64,000 nt of DNA from Patellaria atrata CBS 101060. Lineage: Eukaryota. The notes under the pieces were generated by a model. It did no database searches. It was given only the letters and a program-made list of their open reading frames with translations, and was not told the DNA's origin. The stretch is taken from the NCBI GenBank assembly GCA_010093705.1, contig MU006095.1, forward strand, positions 1,359,623 to 1,423,622. The letters run 5' to 3'. The stretch's first letter is position 1. Every line of letters starts with the position of its first letter. Below are positions 48,137 to 60,157 of the stretch, one piece after another. The position numbers were made by a program, and so were the translations under genes.

Positions 48137-49438
48137 CTACGCTTTACTCGTTTTCTTTTTCCTCTCCTTCCTCGCCTCCTCCCCCTTTTCACCCTTCTTC
48201 CTTTTCTCTTTCCCCTTTCCTTTCTCTTTGTTCTTGGCCTGTTCATGGTCCTGTGAGGGCACTCCATCCGACACGGTCTGTGATGACCCAATTAATGGTG
48301 TCGGACTCTTCATCGCACTCTTAATCGGTTCCTGCACCCTAACCCTCAACGCCCCCGACATGACTGGCGTGCCCTTCCTTCTCTCTTTTCGCTCCTTCCG
48401 CGTTTTTAACGACTCGGCTTCCCGTATCTCAACTTCTCGCTCCTCTTCCTCTCCTAGCAGCGTGCCTTCGAAGGTGATCAATCCGGGTTCCCCATCCTTC
48501 CCTTCGCTAGTGGTCTCGAAGTCGCGAACCCGGAATCTGATTAAGCCATCTATTTTAGTACCCATGGCGTCGGTAAAGTAGCCTTCGGAGCTCGAAGATG
48601 AGGCGGAATCCTGACCAGTACCCTCAGTAGTGGTAGCCGTGGAACCCGCAGGCGGATGGAACACCCAATTAGACGGTAAATGCGCGCGCTCGATCGATGC
48701 TCCAAAGAGATTGTACACAATAAGCCCGAGGTGCGATTCATTTGACAAGTTGACATATCCCTCCACCCACAACCCGCGTTTCGGCTTCAGGAGCAGGAAA
48801 TCTGCCGTTATCCATAAAAATGGAGCAGCATATTCATTCGTTGCTTTGGCGAGCTCTATAACTCGATCCTGCTCATCCTCGCCTTCGTCATCTTCGGAAT
48901 CCGAGTCGGAGGACGCTTTTCGCTGGGGTTTTGCGGGCGCCGCGGAGGGGGAGGGGCCGAGTCGGACGTTGCTGTACGAGAGCACGACACCTTTGAGTAG
49001 CGGTGAGTAGGTTAGAAGAAGTGGAGAGAGATGTTCTGCACAGAGGCCATCGAGCGGATACGTTTGTGAAATTGGAGCGAGCGGGACATAGAAGGAGGAA
49101 GTTTGGGTGTAGAAGAGAGAATCTGTGCTATTATCTCTCGACAAGCTTTGGATTGTTGCGGATTTGGATGCCGATTGTGAAGAAGGTGGTATTGGTGGTT
49201 GAGAGTCTGGCACGATGTCATCTATAATCTGGGATTGAGACTGTAAGAGGACATCTTTGCGAGCTTTCTTCTTCGGAGAGCCAACTGCTGTTATCAAAGA
49301 GGCGGAGGCTGCGGCATCATCTTCCTCTCTTTGGCGCTTTTTCGATGGTTTCTTCTCTTTCCTTGAGGGTTCTTTTTCGTTTTTTTTTATATGTTTCTTC
49401 TCTTTTGGAGGGTGAATAGTTGTTAGTGTAGTAGACAT
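48137..49438 (-). CDS. RPA43: RNA polymerase I subunit A43-like
   Basis: ATG at 49438. SFYVPLAP..EHLSPLLLTYSPLLKGVVLSY, FLWITADFLLLKP..EGYVNLSNESHLGLIVYNLFGASI (Rpa43 N-terminal and OB domains); Lys-rich ends. Confidence 0.85.
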   Translation of the reverse strand: MSTTLTTIHPPKEKKHIKKNEKEPSRKEKKPSKKRQREEDDAAASASLITAVGSPKKKARKDVLLQSQSQIIDDIVPDSQPPIPPSSQSASKSATIQSLSRDNSTDSLFYTQTSSFYVPLAPISQTYPLDGLCAEHLSPLLLTYSPLLKGVVLSYSNVRLGPSPSAAPAKPQRKASSDSDSEDDEGEDEQDRVIELAKATNEYAAPFLWITADFLLLKPKRGLWVEGYVNLSNESHLGLIVYNLFGASIERAHLPSNWVFHPPAGSTATTTEGTGQDSASSSSSEGYFTDAMGTKIDGLIRFRVRDFETTSEGKDGEPGLITFEGTLLGEEEEREVEIREAESLKTRKERKERRKGTPVMSGALRVRVQEPIKSAMKSPTPLIGSSQTVSDGVPSQDHEQAKNKEKGKGKEKRKKGEKGEEARKERKKKTSKA

Positions 49439-49671
49439 TGCAATTGATGTGTTGGATGTTAATGTAAGGTTCCTGATCCTCAAAATTCCGTACAACAAAA
49501 AATTATAGAACTATTGCTTGGCAACGGTCATGGAGCTTCCTCCTCTTTCACGTACACACCAAGTCTTCAACGTGGGCTATCAGGCGCACCTTATGTGACT
49601 TCTCACCCATTCCTTCTTTCTTCCACTTCTTATTATTGCATACGTGGGGAACATGATAGTAACTTTCTAGG

Positions 49672-50943
49672 ATGTCAAACGAGTTCCTCTCCTTAGCGGG
49701 ATGGTTCTTCCTGCCTCGAGTAAGTCCCTTTACACTATAGCTATTACCCTTTACCTAGTAAGCATGAAATGCTGATATGCGATATCATATAGGCTGTTGG
49801 CTGGTTACAGTCTATTTACTATGGCATCACTATCCGAGCGGGAGAACCAAAGCCTGCTCCAGGAAGCCCTCGGTTTGAAAAACACCGGAAGAACATTCAC
49901 ATCTGTCTAATCGTCACATACCTTCTCTATACGATATATGAGGCAGACTGGCAGCTACAAAGGCAAGGTCACTTCTATCAGTTGCTGGGAGTAGGTCCAG
50001 ACGCTGAGGTCAAACAAATACAATCAAAATTCCGTAGAATGTGAGATACAACTTGAGTTCCGCGTTGGCATCGAACCAAGTCATTAATATTTGTTTAGCG
50101 CAGCCAGATTTCACCCTGACAAAGTGCCAGCTGATCAGAAGCTTTTCGCGGAGAGAATCTACGTGAATGCGACAACAGCCCGTGATACTCTAATTGACCC
50201 TGCGAAACGCTTTGCATATGATCGATTCGGACCAGACATGCTCGAGTGGAAGCAATGCATCACAATGCGAGATTACTTCAACCAAGGTCTACAAAAGTCT
50301 GTACAGATGTATTTAGCAAGTGCCTTCTTCTTAATCTTGTGGACAGTACTTGGATATATGAAATTCGCTGGCTATGTGAGTTATTTGGTGTAGATCTTCT
50401 AGGTTCTTGACTGATAAAATATCATAGTGGCGATACTTCGCTTTTGTCTCCATGTTTATCTTGGAATTTCATACCATTTCGCAGCCAACACATCCATTCA
50501 TCGTGACTAATATTCTCAATCCCGTCTTCGCTTTCTACGGCTCACACCCTCCTTATGTCCCCTTTCAAATCATCACCATAGCACGAAAAATGACATTCGC
50601 TAGTTTCGTAGCAGTCTCACAGATCGCTCCACTACTGCAAAGCAACCGACAGCAAGCTCTTGCTCAAAACGCAGAGCAAGCTCAACAGCAGCAGTTTAAT
50701 CTCATGGATGAACTTGGCCGGCGTGTCAATATCGAAGCTACGTTGTTACTTAGCCTAGAAACGACTCCCTTCGAAGGTGACGAGCAGCTGCAGAACCATC
50801 TCAAAACTAGAGTTAGGAACTGGTTGGTCCAGAACACGATTAGGATGGATCCTCAGGTTAGGGATGCGTTTGGACGTGCGCTACAGAAGCGTAGGGAAGG
50901 TGTACCCGCTGGCGCAAAAAGCGCTGGACGACATCGCAAATGA
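49672..50943 (+). CDS. Membrane-associated DnaJ (J-domain) protein
   Basis: Introns 49720-49792, 50041-50098 and 50376-50427. Spliced product reads MSNEFLSLAGWFFLPR..FYQLLGV..IQSKFRRIAARFHPDK..RFAYDRFG, with TM segments. Divergent from RPA43 across 233 bp. Confidence 0.87.
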
Positions 50944-51832
50944 AGCACCGGAGCTACCTATAAATGTTCATCTCGTCGTTTCAAGCATGCTACGATGGAA
51001 TCCGAAAACTCGGTAGGTTGGTTGTGGTTCCTCTGTCAATATGGGCATACCTGTCCGTTTAATTCATGTGCTATCTTTCTACACCATTCGTAATCTCTTT
51101 TATTTTCTCGCAAGCCTTTAGATAGTGCTCAATCTACTCCATTCGTCGAGCCATGCCCTACCATGAAAGATACTCTAGATTCTGACGAGTTTACAGGTTC
51201 AACCTATGCTAACGATGTCTCAAAACAATCTACCTTAAAGCTTCCATTCTCAATGCTTATTGATATTCCTCTTGCTCTGTTAACAGGATGGAGGTATTTG
51301 CTGTAGGATATAGGAGAGAAATAGTGTGCTCTTATTCCGATTAAGGCATAGATATGAAGATAATCAACAATGATAGTTACAATTGGTTGTTGAAATGGAA
51401 TCGCTTTCGCAAGATGGACACCGCCCAAAGTGTGCCTCCATAGCGTTTTATACCTTCAACAATGAATGAATTTGAACACTCACATTGACGAGATTTCCTT
51501 TGTACAAGGATATATTCCTATAAATGAGAACTGACTGTAGGGAAAGGGGGCAGACAATGTACAGAAACCCCACTAAGGTAAGTTCGGTTCAACGCCACTC
51601 GCAAAGATGCATCATATCAATAAATATGTTCAGCCGTCTTGGCCCAAGGCCCTATGGTGTGAACGGACGACAGTAATTTCTACGCCGTCTTGTGAGTGAG
51701 AAAAGTTAACATATACGGAGTGATTGTAAAGAGATTGGAAAGTTAGCCGTGCCTACGGTATGATAGTGTAACGTACTGTAGAATTATCACAAGCAAATCG
51801 GCCTCTCCTTCGGTCTCGGATACAAGACCGGT

Positions 51833-53126
51833 ATGCCGTCGAGACGATCTCACAAAAACTCCCACCACGGTTGTTCCCAATGTAAGGCGAGTCGAGTGAA
51901 AGTAAGATCCAGTCCTGTATCTATTTTGAGTTATACATCTGATTGGTAGATAGTGCGATGAACACACTCCACAGTGCTTGCGTTGTCAACGGCGAAATCA
52001 ACCATGTAGTTATCAGAATCTCTGGACCTCCTATAAACCTTCGAATTCTGATGAACTGATATCTGAAGAGCCGAGTAATGAGTTAGTTTTCTTGAATACT
52101 GCTAGTTCCAGTTCTGAGAGCTCCACATCCCCAGTTGAAGCAATCGATCCGTTATTCCGTATTCATAAAGCAGATGATCGACTGCATTATCATTATACGC
52201 AGATCCTCTCGCCCAGCAGCAAAGGAGCCGTGAAATTGGACTCCAAATTTGGCAATGATGCCATGCTGATGTGGGACAAAGCCATCCGACAGCACATCAC
52301 TGGTCACGGTTTCCTCTACCACAGCGTCTCCGCCCTCTCTGCCCTCCATCTTGCAATAGTCTATGAGCAAGATCGCCGACAACACCTCGCTAAAGCCTTG
52401 GAGCACCAGAATGCCGGAATAGCGCTCTTCCGCCCGGGCCTCAATAACTTCTCAAAGGATAACGCCGAAGCCCTCATGACATTCGCCGGCATCACCGTCA
52501 TCTACACTTTTGCACTCCCCTTAGCAGCAGCAACGCCTCATACCCCTATCTTCGTCGATCCCCTCAAGGAGCTCCGCCATGTCATCTCGCTATTCCGTGG
52601 CCTGGTGGCCATCTTCCGCCTCTCAATCGCGCTGAACCTCGCCGGGAACCTCTCCTCCGGCATCCGTAGGGTAACACAGATCGCCCCAAGTTTCGAGGTT
52701 GATGATCCAGCAGCAGAAGCTTCGCTCGACTTGCTCGCGCCCTCGATTGAGCATCTCCAGGATCCTGCAGCGCGGGCTATGTACCTCCACACAGTCGAGG
52801 CACTTCGAAAGATCCTAAAACGCGCGGCGGGAATGCCGAATACAGCGAGTGTGATCTTACCGTGGCCTGGTATGGTACATCCGGGGTATGTCGCAGCACT
52901 GGAGGCCGAAGAGCCGATCGCAGTTGTAATCCTGGCGCACTGGGCGGCGTGTTTGCATGGTTTGAAGGGGGTTTGGTGGACACAGAAGTGGGGGAAGGCG
53001 ACAGTGAGGGCATGTGGGACGCTATTGGGGAGAAATTGGAGGCGGTTTTTAGAGTGGCCGATGAAGAGGGCGGGATTAAAGGAGGAGAAAACGGGGAGCG
53101 AGAGGGTTGTAGAACTGATCTCGTAG
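51833..53126 (+). CDS. Zn(II)2Cys6 transcription factor, Upc2/sterol-uptake-regulator-like
   Basis: MPSRRSHKNSHHGCSQCKASRVK, intron 51902-51953, then CDEHTPQCLRCQRRNQPCSY. C-terminal FLYHSVSALSALHL..EPIAVVILAHW..WW..W..FLEWP. Confidence 0.9.
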
Positions 53127-53767
53127 ATACAAGGGGTTCCGGATGGTTTGTAAGGTAAATGGAAGGTTGGATTTCATGTTTGAATGAATCATGCTATTGA
53201 GATACTGCATTGTGCAGCTGTTGGCTTTAGGGGTATGGCTGATTGAGAAAAATGCAGCAGATAGTGCTGATTGCGTCCCTTCACGACTATTAATATGCTT
53301 ATGGTGGTGAAAAAATAAGCATGGAATTCATTTACCGAAACAGAACTCCGAGTTTGAGAGCGTCCTGTTAAGTAATAAGGATGTTCGGAAATATGCAATG
53401 TCATTACTGTGGTGTTGTTCTTCTCTATCTACAGACATGCTGATGTCGTAAACTATACCCCTCTAGGACATTCGCTACCATGAATCAGACCATTCACGGC
53501 TCGCGTACAGTACAACTACACAGTACACACTTCTATAATCTATGTTGTAACCTAAACCCATTCCTCACTGATATATGTAGAAAAAGATGTAAGCTATACT
53601 ACCGAAAGGGGACCTCGAGATTCTGTTCCTAAGTAGGAAGAACACTCTTACAATAGCTGTTATAGATCTCTAACCAAAATCCTTTTAATACTTCCCACCT
53701 CACACGTCGAAGCAGATCTCCTTCCTCGAATTATTTAACATATCCAATATACCCTACATTCGACTAC

Positions 53768-56366
53768 CTACAAAGTAGCTCCGGCCGGCGTATTTCCATC
53801 CACATTCAGCTCCGCACCCTCCTCCACGTCCTTCGGTTTGACTAGCTTAATTGTCGTCTCTGGATCCTTCGAAAAAACTCGCAGACTGATAACGCAGACC
53901 GCATTCCAAGCAGTCTTATCATGTTCGGCGTCTGGGGGGTTTGCAGCAGGTTGAGGAGCCGCGTCACCAGCAATGGAGACACCATCGCCTACCACGGAAG
54001 GAGATCCCGAGGGTTCTCTGCCGGGTAGGGGGTCGTATGGCGGTGGTGCGGAGGGAGATTTTAGAGGCTCTTCTGGTACGGATTCTAGAGGGGCTGAGAT
54101 GGCTTTGGAGGATTCTGATTGTTCTGCTAGAGGCGATTCTTTTGCCTCCTCCTCTGACTTTCCTTCTGGCTTCCCTTCCATTTGCTTTTGGGGCTGCTCT
54201 TCTCGTTTCTCTTCTGCTTTCTCTTCTTTCTCGACGGAAACCTCCCCCGGTTTCTTCTCTTCCGAAGCTTTATCCGCCTTAGGTTCTTCCTTCGCTGTTG
54301 CTAAGACTTTAGCATCATCAGACTTGGCTTCTTCTTTCGAAGGTTCGACAATGGTGATCTCAAAGGATTCACTTTCTGCCTTAAGAGGCTGCTGAATATC
54401 GCACTTTTTCGACGCCGATTGGTCCGCAGATTTATCGTCCTGTTTAGCTTCCTTCGGTTTTTTAGGTGGTTCTTCCTCGAAATGCACCTTCGCGTGGGCC
54501 AAGTCATAGTTAAGACCGATCTGTCTCAGTTTTTGTGGGTTCTTGTCTGCCAACTCTTTGACAACCTCTTCAACGGTTTGTTTGGCATCGTTCCTCGAAG
54601 CCAGGATCTTAGGCAAAACTTCATATCTACCGGGCTCCAAGTCAACTTCAGCACTAACAGCACGATTGCTTCCACGATTCGAGGGGGCGCGGGCCCGTAT
54701 GATGTGGTCTCCCGGCTGCGCTCCTTCCTCTTGTAAAAGGAAAGTCAATTCGAAGCTATATTGACCTTCTAAACCTACGAAGTAGCGTTCATCGAGCTAC
54801 AGTGGTTCAGTTAGTCCTATCAACATAGTAATTAGATCTAGGTCAGATCTTTACCTGGGAAAGTACTATCACAAATTGTCCTCCTTTCTTGACTTCAACG
54901 ATGAACTTGGTGTTTAGGTATCCGCTGACCCAGGACACATTGACACTGGTCCATTCTTGTATGATACTCCACTCTTCATTGAAGAGGCGGGTGCGATCAA
55001 TGACATCGAATCGCTTCAGAAGGTCATCGAAAGTCATCCAAAATTCTCCGTCATCTCCGAAACGATGATTCAACTTGGATAACCAATAAGGTGTCCATTC
55101 TTTCGAGCCATCGCTCCAAGGGCCATTCCATTCGCCCATACCGTTCCAACTTCTCTTCCCCCACGGATTTCTAACGAGAACAAGACGCACCTTATTACCA
55201 TTTTCATCCTGCTCTTCAACTGCTCTACGGATCGAATAAGCATGATTAAGTGCCAAACCCTTACGCTCATCGGAATCACCACTGCCGTTGATGGCAGGAG
55301 AAGAGCATCCAAAGATAAAGTGTTGTTCTTCATTGAGAAGGTCCTTCCAGAGCCTTTCCCTGCTCAAAATCTTATTGGTTGTGATAGTCGTGGTGACACC
55401 GCCCGTCATATCTTCAACGGCTTCACCACTCCAGCCACCCTCGATGGAGGAGTAATCGCCATGAACTTTTGCGTACGCCTTTTCGAGAAGGGGTAACCAC
55501 GTTTCGTTGCTGTCTGCGCATTTAGCATAGTATAATGCCTTGGAGCCAGTCTGTTTCGTCTTCTTCCATTCTCGTTCTTGGTCACCAGTGCTATCATAGT
55601 AGTTTCCGTAGGTAACTTCAAAGTCGTCGTTCGAAAGGTATAAGTTATCATCCACAACGGTACTAATCCACTCCCCATCTCTGTGAAATACGAAACCATA
55701 CACTCCGCACTCTTCATCTTGAACTACGCAAACTCTCTCCATAACACCTTTGACACTGCAAAGAGTTGCAACAGCGGAGATCCACCAGCAATCTCCATTT
55801 CCGCCTTGACGAACATCGTTGGTGTCAAAGCCGTCAACGGTAAATTTATGTTGACCGTCGAATATCCAGTCAATGCGATGAACTGACTCGGGTCCACTCG
55901 CAGAGCTGGGGATATTCAAAGCTGTTCCCAATGTTCTCAAATCGACAGAGGCAGAGGGAAGTGGGCCTAGAATACCACTGGCAAGGACAGTATTCAGTGC
56001 TTCTCCAAGTCCATAGGGGCCAACGGGACCGCTATCATCAGCGTAGGAGAATGGGACAAGTCCTTCAATGCAATTCTTACACCAGAAGTCTGATTCGATA
56101 TCGAAATCTGGATCCGTGAACTTCTCGTTCGTTTGATGACATTCTCGGACGATGCGCTTGACTTTGGCTTTGCACTCGGCGACAGCAGCTGCGTAGCTCT
56201 CAGCTGCATTTCGAGCTTTGGTTTTGCCATCCTGTGGCTTTCGGGGAAGAAGATGCTCGTAGAGACTTTTGGGAAAGATTGCCGTGACTTTTCCAGGAGT
56301 TTTGGTGATCAATTTGTCCCAAAACTCGTTCAACTCTTTCTGGGCCGGAAAGGTAGCAACAGCCAT
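53768..56366 (-). CDS. Calpain-like cysteine protease (CysPc/C2) with acidic, low-complexity C-terminal insert
   Basis: Catalytic triad QGGNGDCWW, NHAYS, RNPWG; WLPLLEKAYAK. Intron 54854-54797 joins VLSQ-LDERYF to ORF 53768..54748. Confidence 0.93.
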
Positions 56367-57251
56367 ACTGTCTACTGATTTGTATTTACGGAAGAGAAAT
56401 AGATGTTTGGTATATAGGACGCATTTTGGTCAAATATACTGGGGCGCATCTTCAGTTGATATCTTAGGGACTAAACCCCTGTTCGTACGTGGCCCCCGTG
56501 TTTTGGGGGCTGAATGGGCGTTATGGTCCATGGTGGTCCTTAGTCAGCCCTCAGATCAGTTGCGCCGACCCGCGTTTGATGACTGATGGACCGCCATTAC
56601 CTTAAAGGAGGTTTCCGACATCTGAGAGAGTTCCAAACACATTTCTCGTCCATGTTGTCATCAAAAAGACTACAGGTTGGATTCTGATGAGAACAACGTA
56701 ATATAAGAAATGAGATACTTTTAGCAACGCAGTGCGGGGTTCAGCCGAGATTAAATATTAGAACTACAGTATAGTACGGTACCTTTACAGTACGGTACGG
56801 AAGTAAGGTAATGAAGGTTTCCAGGTCAGGTCTGCCTTGTGCCTGGGCCCACGGGAGGTCCTCTTTCATTATTTTCTCATCTATTCTCCGGCTGATAGAA
56901 CTATGCAACCTCATGATTCCATCTCATCCTCCTTCATGGGGCTCTGTTCAACTCCATCCTCATTCACTTTTTTTTTTTTTTTTTTCAAACGTCGGTTACC
57001 TCCAGGCTTCAGTTTCAGCCCGAAGTTTCAAACGCGGGGCTACACGGCTGGACAGGGGAAGACCATAAAAGTTCATCACCTCTACGCGCTGTTGGTTGGA
57101 GAACCAGGGTGCCCGATCGGATAACACAGTGTCACGACTGTACTGTCATGAACCCCTTGATGAGTGGATGAAGCGTGATAACAACCAGAATTGGGACCAT
57201 CGGACATGCGACTACCTGCTGAGTTGAATCAAAGGTGGATTAGGGACGACC

Positions 57252-59312
57252 ATGGCCGCTGGTCTTCCTGTATATGCCGGTCAGATTCGACTCCTTTCCC
57301 TTCACCCAGGCCAGTGGGAGGATGAAATCAGTTGCGACCTCCTAAGAGTCGGACTTGAGGAAGAAGTACCATATCGTGTACTTTCCTATGCTAGCACTGA
57401 TTCCAACTCAAAAGAAATTGTTCATCTTAATGGGTCTTCGGTAGAAGTGTCCAAGACTTTATATCAAGCGTTTCGTCGATATCGTGCTGCTGTTGATACC
57501 CCTGGATATCTTTGGGTGGACGTACTTTGCATGAACACCTCCGACAACTTCGATCTATCGTACCAGACGAATCTTCGACGTCATATCATAGCTAAAGCTG
57601 AAGAAACCTATGCATGGCTCGCAGAGGATGATGTACTGCAGACCCTCCAAAGAACGTCTATGGTCAAATTCTACGGAGACAGTAGAGATAATTCCGAAAT
57701 AACTGACTTTCGTAGAGTTACATCAGTCTCTCCAAGTCCAGACAGCGCTCAGTCATCTTGTAGCAAAGATGCATTGTGGCGTCTCTTCTGTGTATTACGT
57801 CTATTATCCTCTGGTCAGCATTTTGAGGATATACCGGTATTGTTAAAGATGTGGCATTCCAGCACACGAACTAACGTCTTCCTAACGCTAAATAATTTCA
57901 CGTCACAAGCATGGTGGTACCGGCCTTGGACTCCACTTGAATTGGTGTTCTCTCGTAAAACTCTTGTCATGTACGGGAACGTCGTTGCTCCTTGGCCTCT
58001 ACTATCCGATGCTGCCAAATTTTTCGATGCGCACAAGAGCTCGTGTTGTCGTTATCTAGCTTTGGGTAACAGTGGAATTGTTCTAGACCGGTTTGTCGAC
58101 GTCCTCCGTCCGTTACAAGATATCAGGAAAGCTGTTCAAGACAATCCATCCAAATACAACACCCTGAAGACTCTACCTTCACTTCTTTGGCAGTTTCGTC
58201 ACTGCAGGGCAGCTGCTGACGACCGGGAAAAGGTCTTTGCATTTCTGGGAATGATCAAGGATTGGCATGGACACACTCCGATTCTCGCGGACTATACTCA
58301 AACAACTGCGCAAGTATATCGGAACTTGACTATAACCATATTTCGTCGCATAACCTCACTATCGCTCCTCGAGAACGACCTAAGGAAATACAGAAACTTG
58401 GGTCTTCCGTCTTGGATTCCGGACTGGAGCGATGGACCCTCCAATACATTTTTCCAGAGGACCCACGACCGGACAAAACGTAGGACGCTGTTCAATGCTT
58501 CAGCCGGCTTAAAAGCTGCTCTCGAGGTTGATAGGGATGAATTGAAAGTTCAAGGGATACTCGTGGACGAGATAGAAACAATTACTAGTGTCCTTTGGCC
58601 CTCGGAGGGTGTTGATTGGAAGCCATTCCCTCCCAAAACCGTAGACCCTGCAGACAGAGACGATGAGTCTATGAGTACGTCGGGAAACTCTCATCGACGT
58701 TCAATTCCGAAAGCGATGGCGCAAGTACATTCGCTTCTTGGTAGCAGTGGCAGCAGTAGTCACTCTCAAGACAGGTCTAGAGATAATCCTCGTAGTTCTA
58801 AGCACGAGTACGAACCGGAAGCTCTTGCACTATGGCGGACTCTTTGCGCAGACTCAATAGCAGAGGCCCATTTCTATCCTCTAACATATTCTAGGCTCAA
58901 ATCTACCGATTACGAAGACCTTTTCCTCTGGGCTGATCTTCGCTTTACGCAAAACGTCCTCCCTACAAACTTACCTGAGAAATTCAAAGCTGATGAAGTC
59001 CCATATCCGAATTTTAGAGTACGCGCTATCGACAAGTCTTATGCTGCTGCTGCGGAAGACTCAAAGTTTTTCATCACTAGAAAGGGGCGTATGGGACTGG
59101 GGCCACAGGATATTCAGTCTGGAGATTGCATTGCCATCTTAGCAGGGGCTAGAATGCCATTTGCAATACGGAAAAAAACGTCTCGTCGACGCAGATTTGA
59201 AGATCCTGATCAGTACATTCTACTTGGCGCTTGTTACGTCCACGGGATCATGGATGGCCAGGCAGTCTCTAAGAGTAAAAAGAGCCAGATATATGATTTA
59301 CGCTTCATTTGA
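57252..59312 (+). CDS. HET-domain (HET-6-like) heterokaryon incompatibility protein
   Basis: 686 aa. IRLLSLHPG, YRVLSY, YLWVDVLCMN, WWYRPW..E, DREKVFAFLG, DY, LPSWIPDWS, FFITRKGRMGLGP, GDCIAILAG, YILLGACYVHGIMDG. Confidence 0.9.
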   Translation: MAAGLPVYAGQIRLLSLHPGQWEDEISCDLLRVGLEEEVPYRVLSYASTDSNSKEIVHLNGSSVEVSKTLYQAFRRYRAAVDTPGYLWVDVLCMNTSDNFDLSYQTNLRRHIIAKAEETYAWLAEDDVLQTLQRTSMVKFYGDSRDNSEITDFRRVTSVSPSPDSAQSSCSKDALWRLFCVLRLLSSGQHFEDIPVLLKMWHSSTRTNVFLTLNNFTSQAWWYRPWTPLELVFSRKTLVMYGNVVAPWPLLSDAAKFFDAHKSSCCRYLALGNSGIVLDRFVDVLRPLQDIRKAVQDNPSKYNTLKTLPSLLWQFRHCRAAADDREKVFAFLGMIKDWHGHTPILADYTQTTAQVYRNLTITIFRRITSLSLLENDLRKYRNLGLPSWIPDWSDGPSNTFFQRTHDRTKRRTLFNASAGLKAALEVDRDELKVQGILVDEIETITSVLWPSEGVDWKPFPPKTVDPADRDDESMSTSGNSHRRSIPKAMAQVHSLLGSSGSSSHSQDRSRDNPRSSKHEYEPEALALWRTLCADSIAEAHFYPLTYSRLKSTDYEDLFLWADLRFTQNVLPTNLPEKFKADEVPYPNFRVRAIDKSYAAAAEDSKFFITRKGRMGLGPQDIQSGDCIAILAGARMPFAIRKKTSRRRRFEDPDQYILLGACYVHGIMDGQAVSKSKKSQIYDLRFI

Positions 59313-60157
59313 AGGTATTTTGTGTTACTTCATCCACCTAGACAGCCACATTAAAGGAAGCGTAGTGATTACTAGTCAACAGCCACCTCGTTACGCTGTG
59401 CTGGAGAGCATACCCACGAATTCAAAGCCCTTTGGGACCACGCGCTGTATATCTCCAACAGTGCTAACGGAAGAAGAACAAGATGAGCTAATGTTGAAGA
59501 AAGTCCCTCATCTATCAAACAACAGTTTTGGGAAGAGATGACGACGCCGTACACACGTATCACACTAAGGTGTATCGCCATATCCTCTCTCCCAAGCTAC
59601 TCTGTTCGGAAATAAAGTGGCAAGAATGTAGTGACGAATACAGCAGGATAACGGCGGCATGCGATTGTTCTAGTTGTTAGTAGGGCGCATATTGTGGCGC
59701 TTATCGGAGGTTCGCGACAACAATTGGGCACGAGATGTTGCAAAAAACCGTTTTCATTCGGTCACGTAATGTAAATCGAATACTTTAGTTATTCCCGATT
59801 CGTACTAAAAAGCAATTGGTAGGTACATGTACGTTAGGTAAAAAAAAAAAAAAAAAGTCACGCTCAACAACTTATTAGTGGGGCAGTGACTGGAAGATGT
59901 TTATATATTAACCCCGCCTCTACTCTGTTAAAATTCTCCTCACAATCATCTGGTCATTCTTAAAAGCAAGAAGAGTTATATAGAAGCAATTGGGCATATC
60001 TATAATTGTTTATCACGGCTGCGCTTGGCATCAGTTTTACAATCAGCTGGAAAATCTTCAGTTCAGACCTTTCATATCTCGGATCATATTCCTTTGTCCA
60101 TTTGACTATTAATTAGCTCGGTAATACATACTATACATATTCCCTTTATACAAGCAT

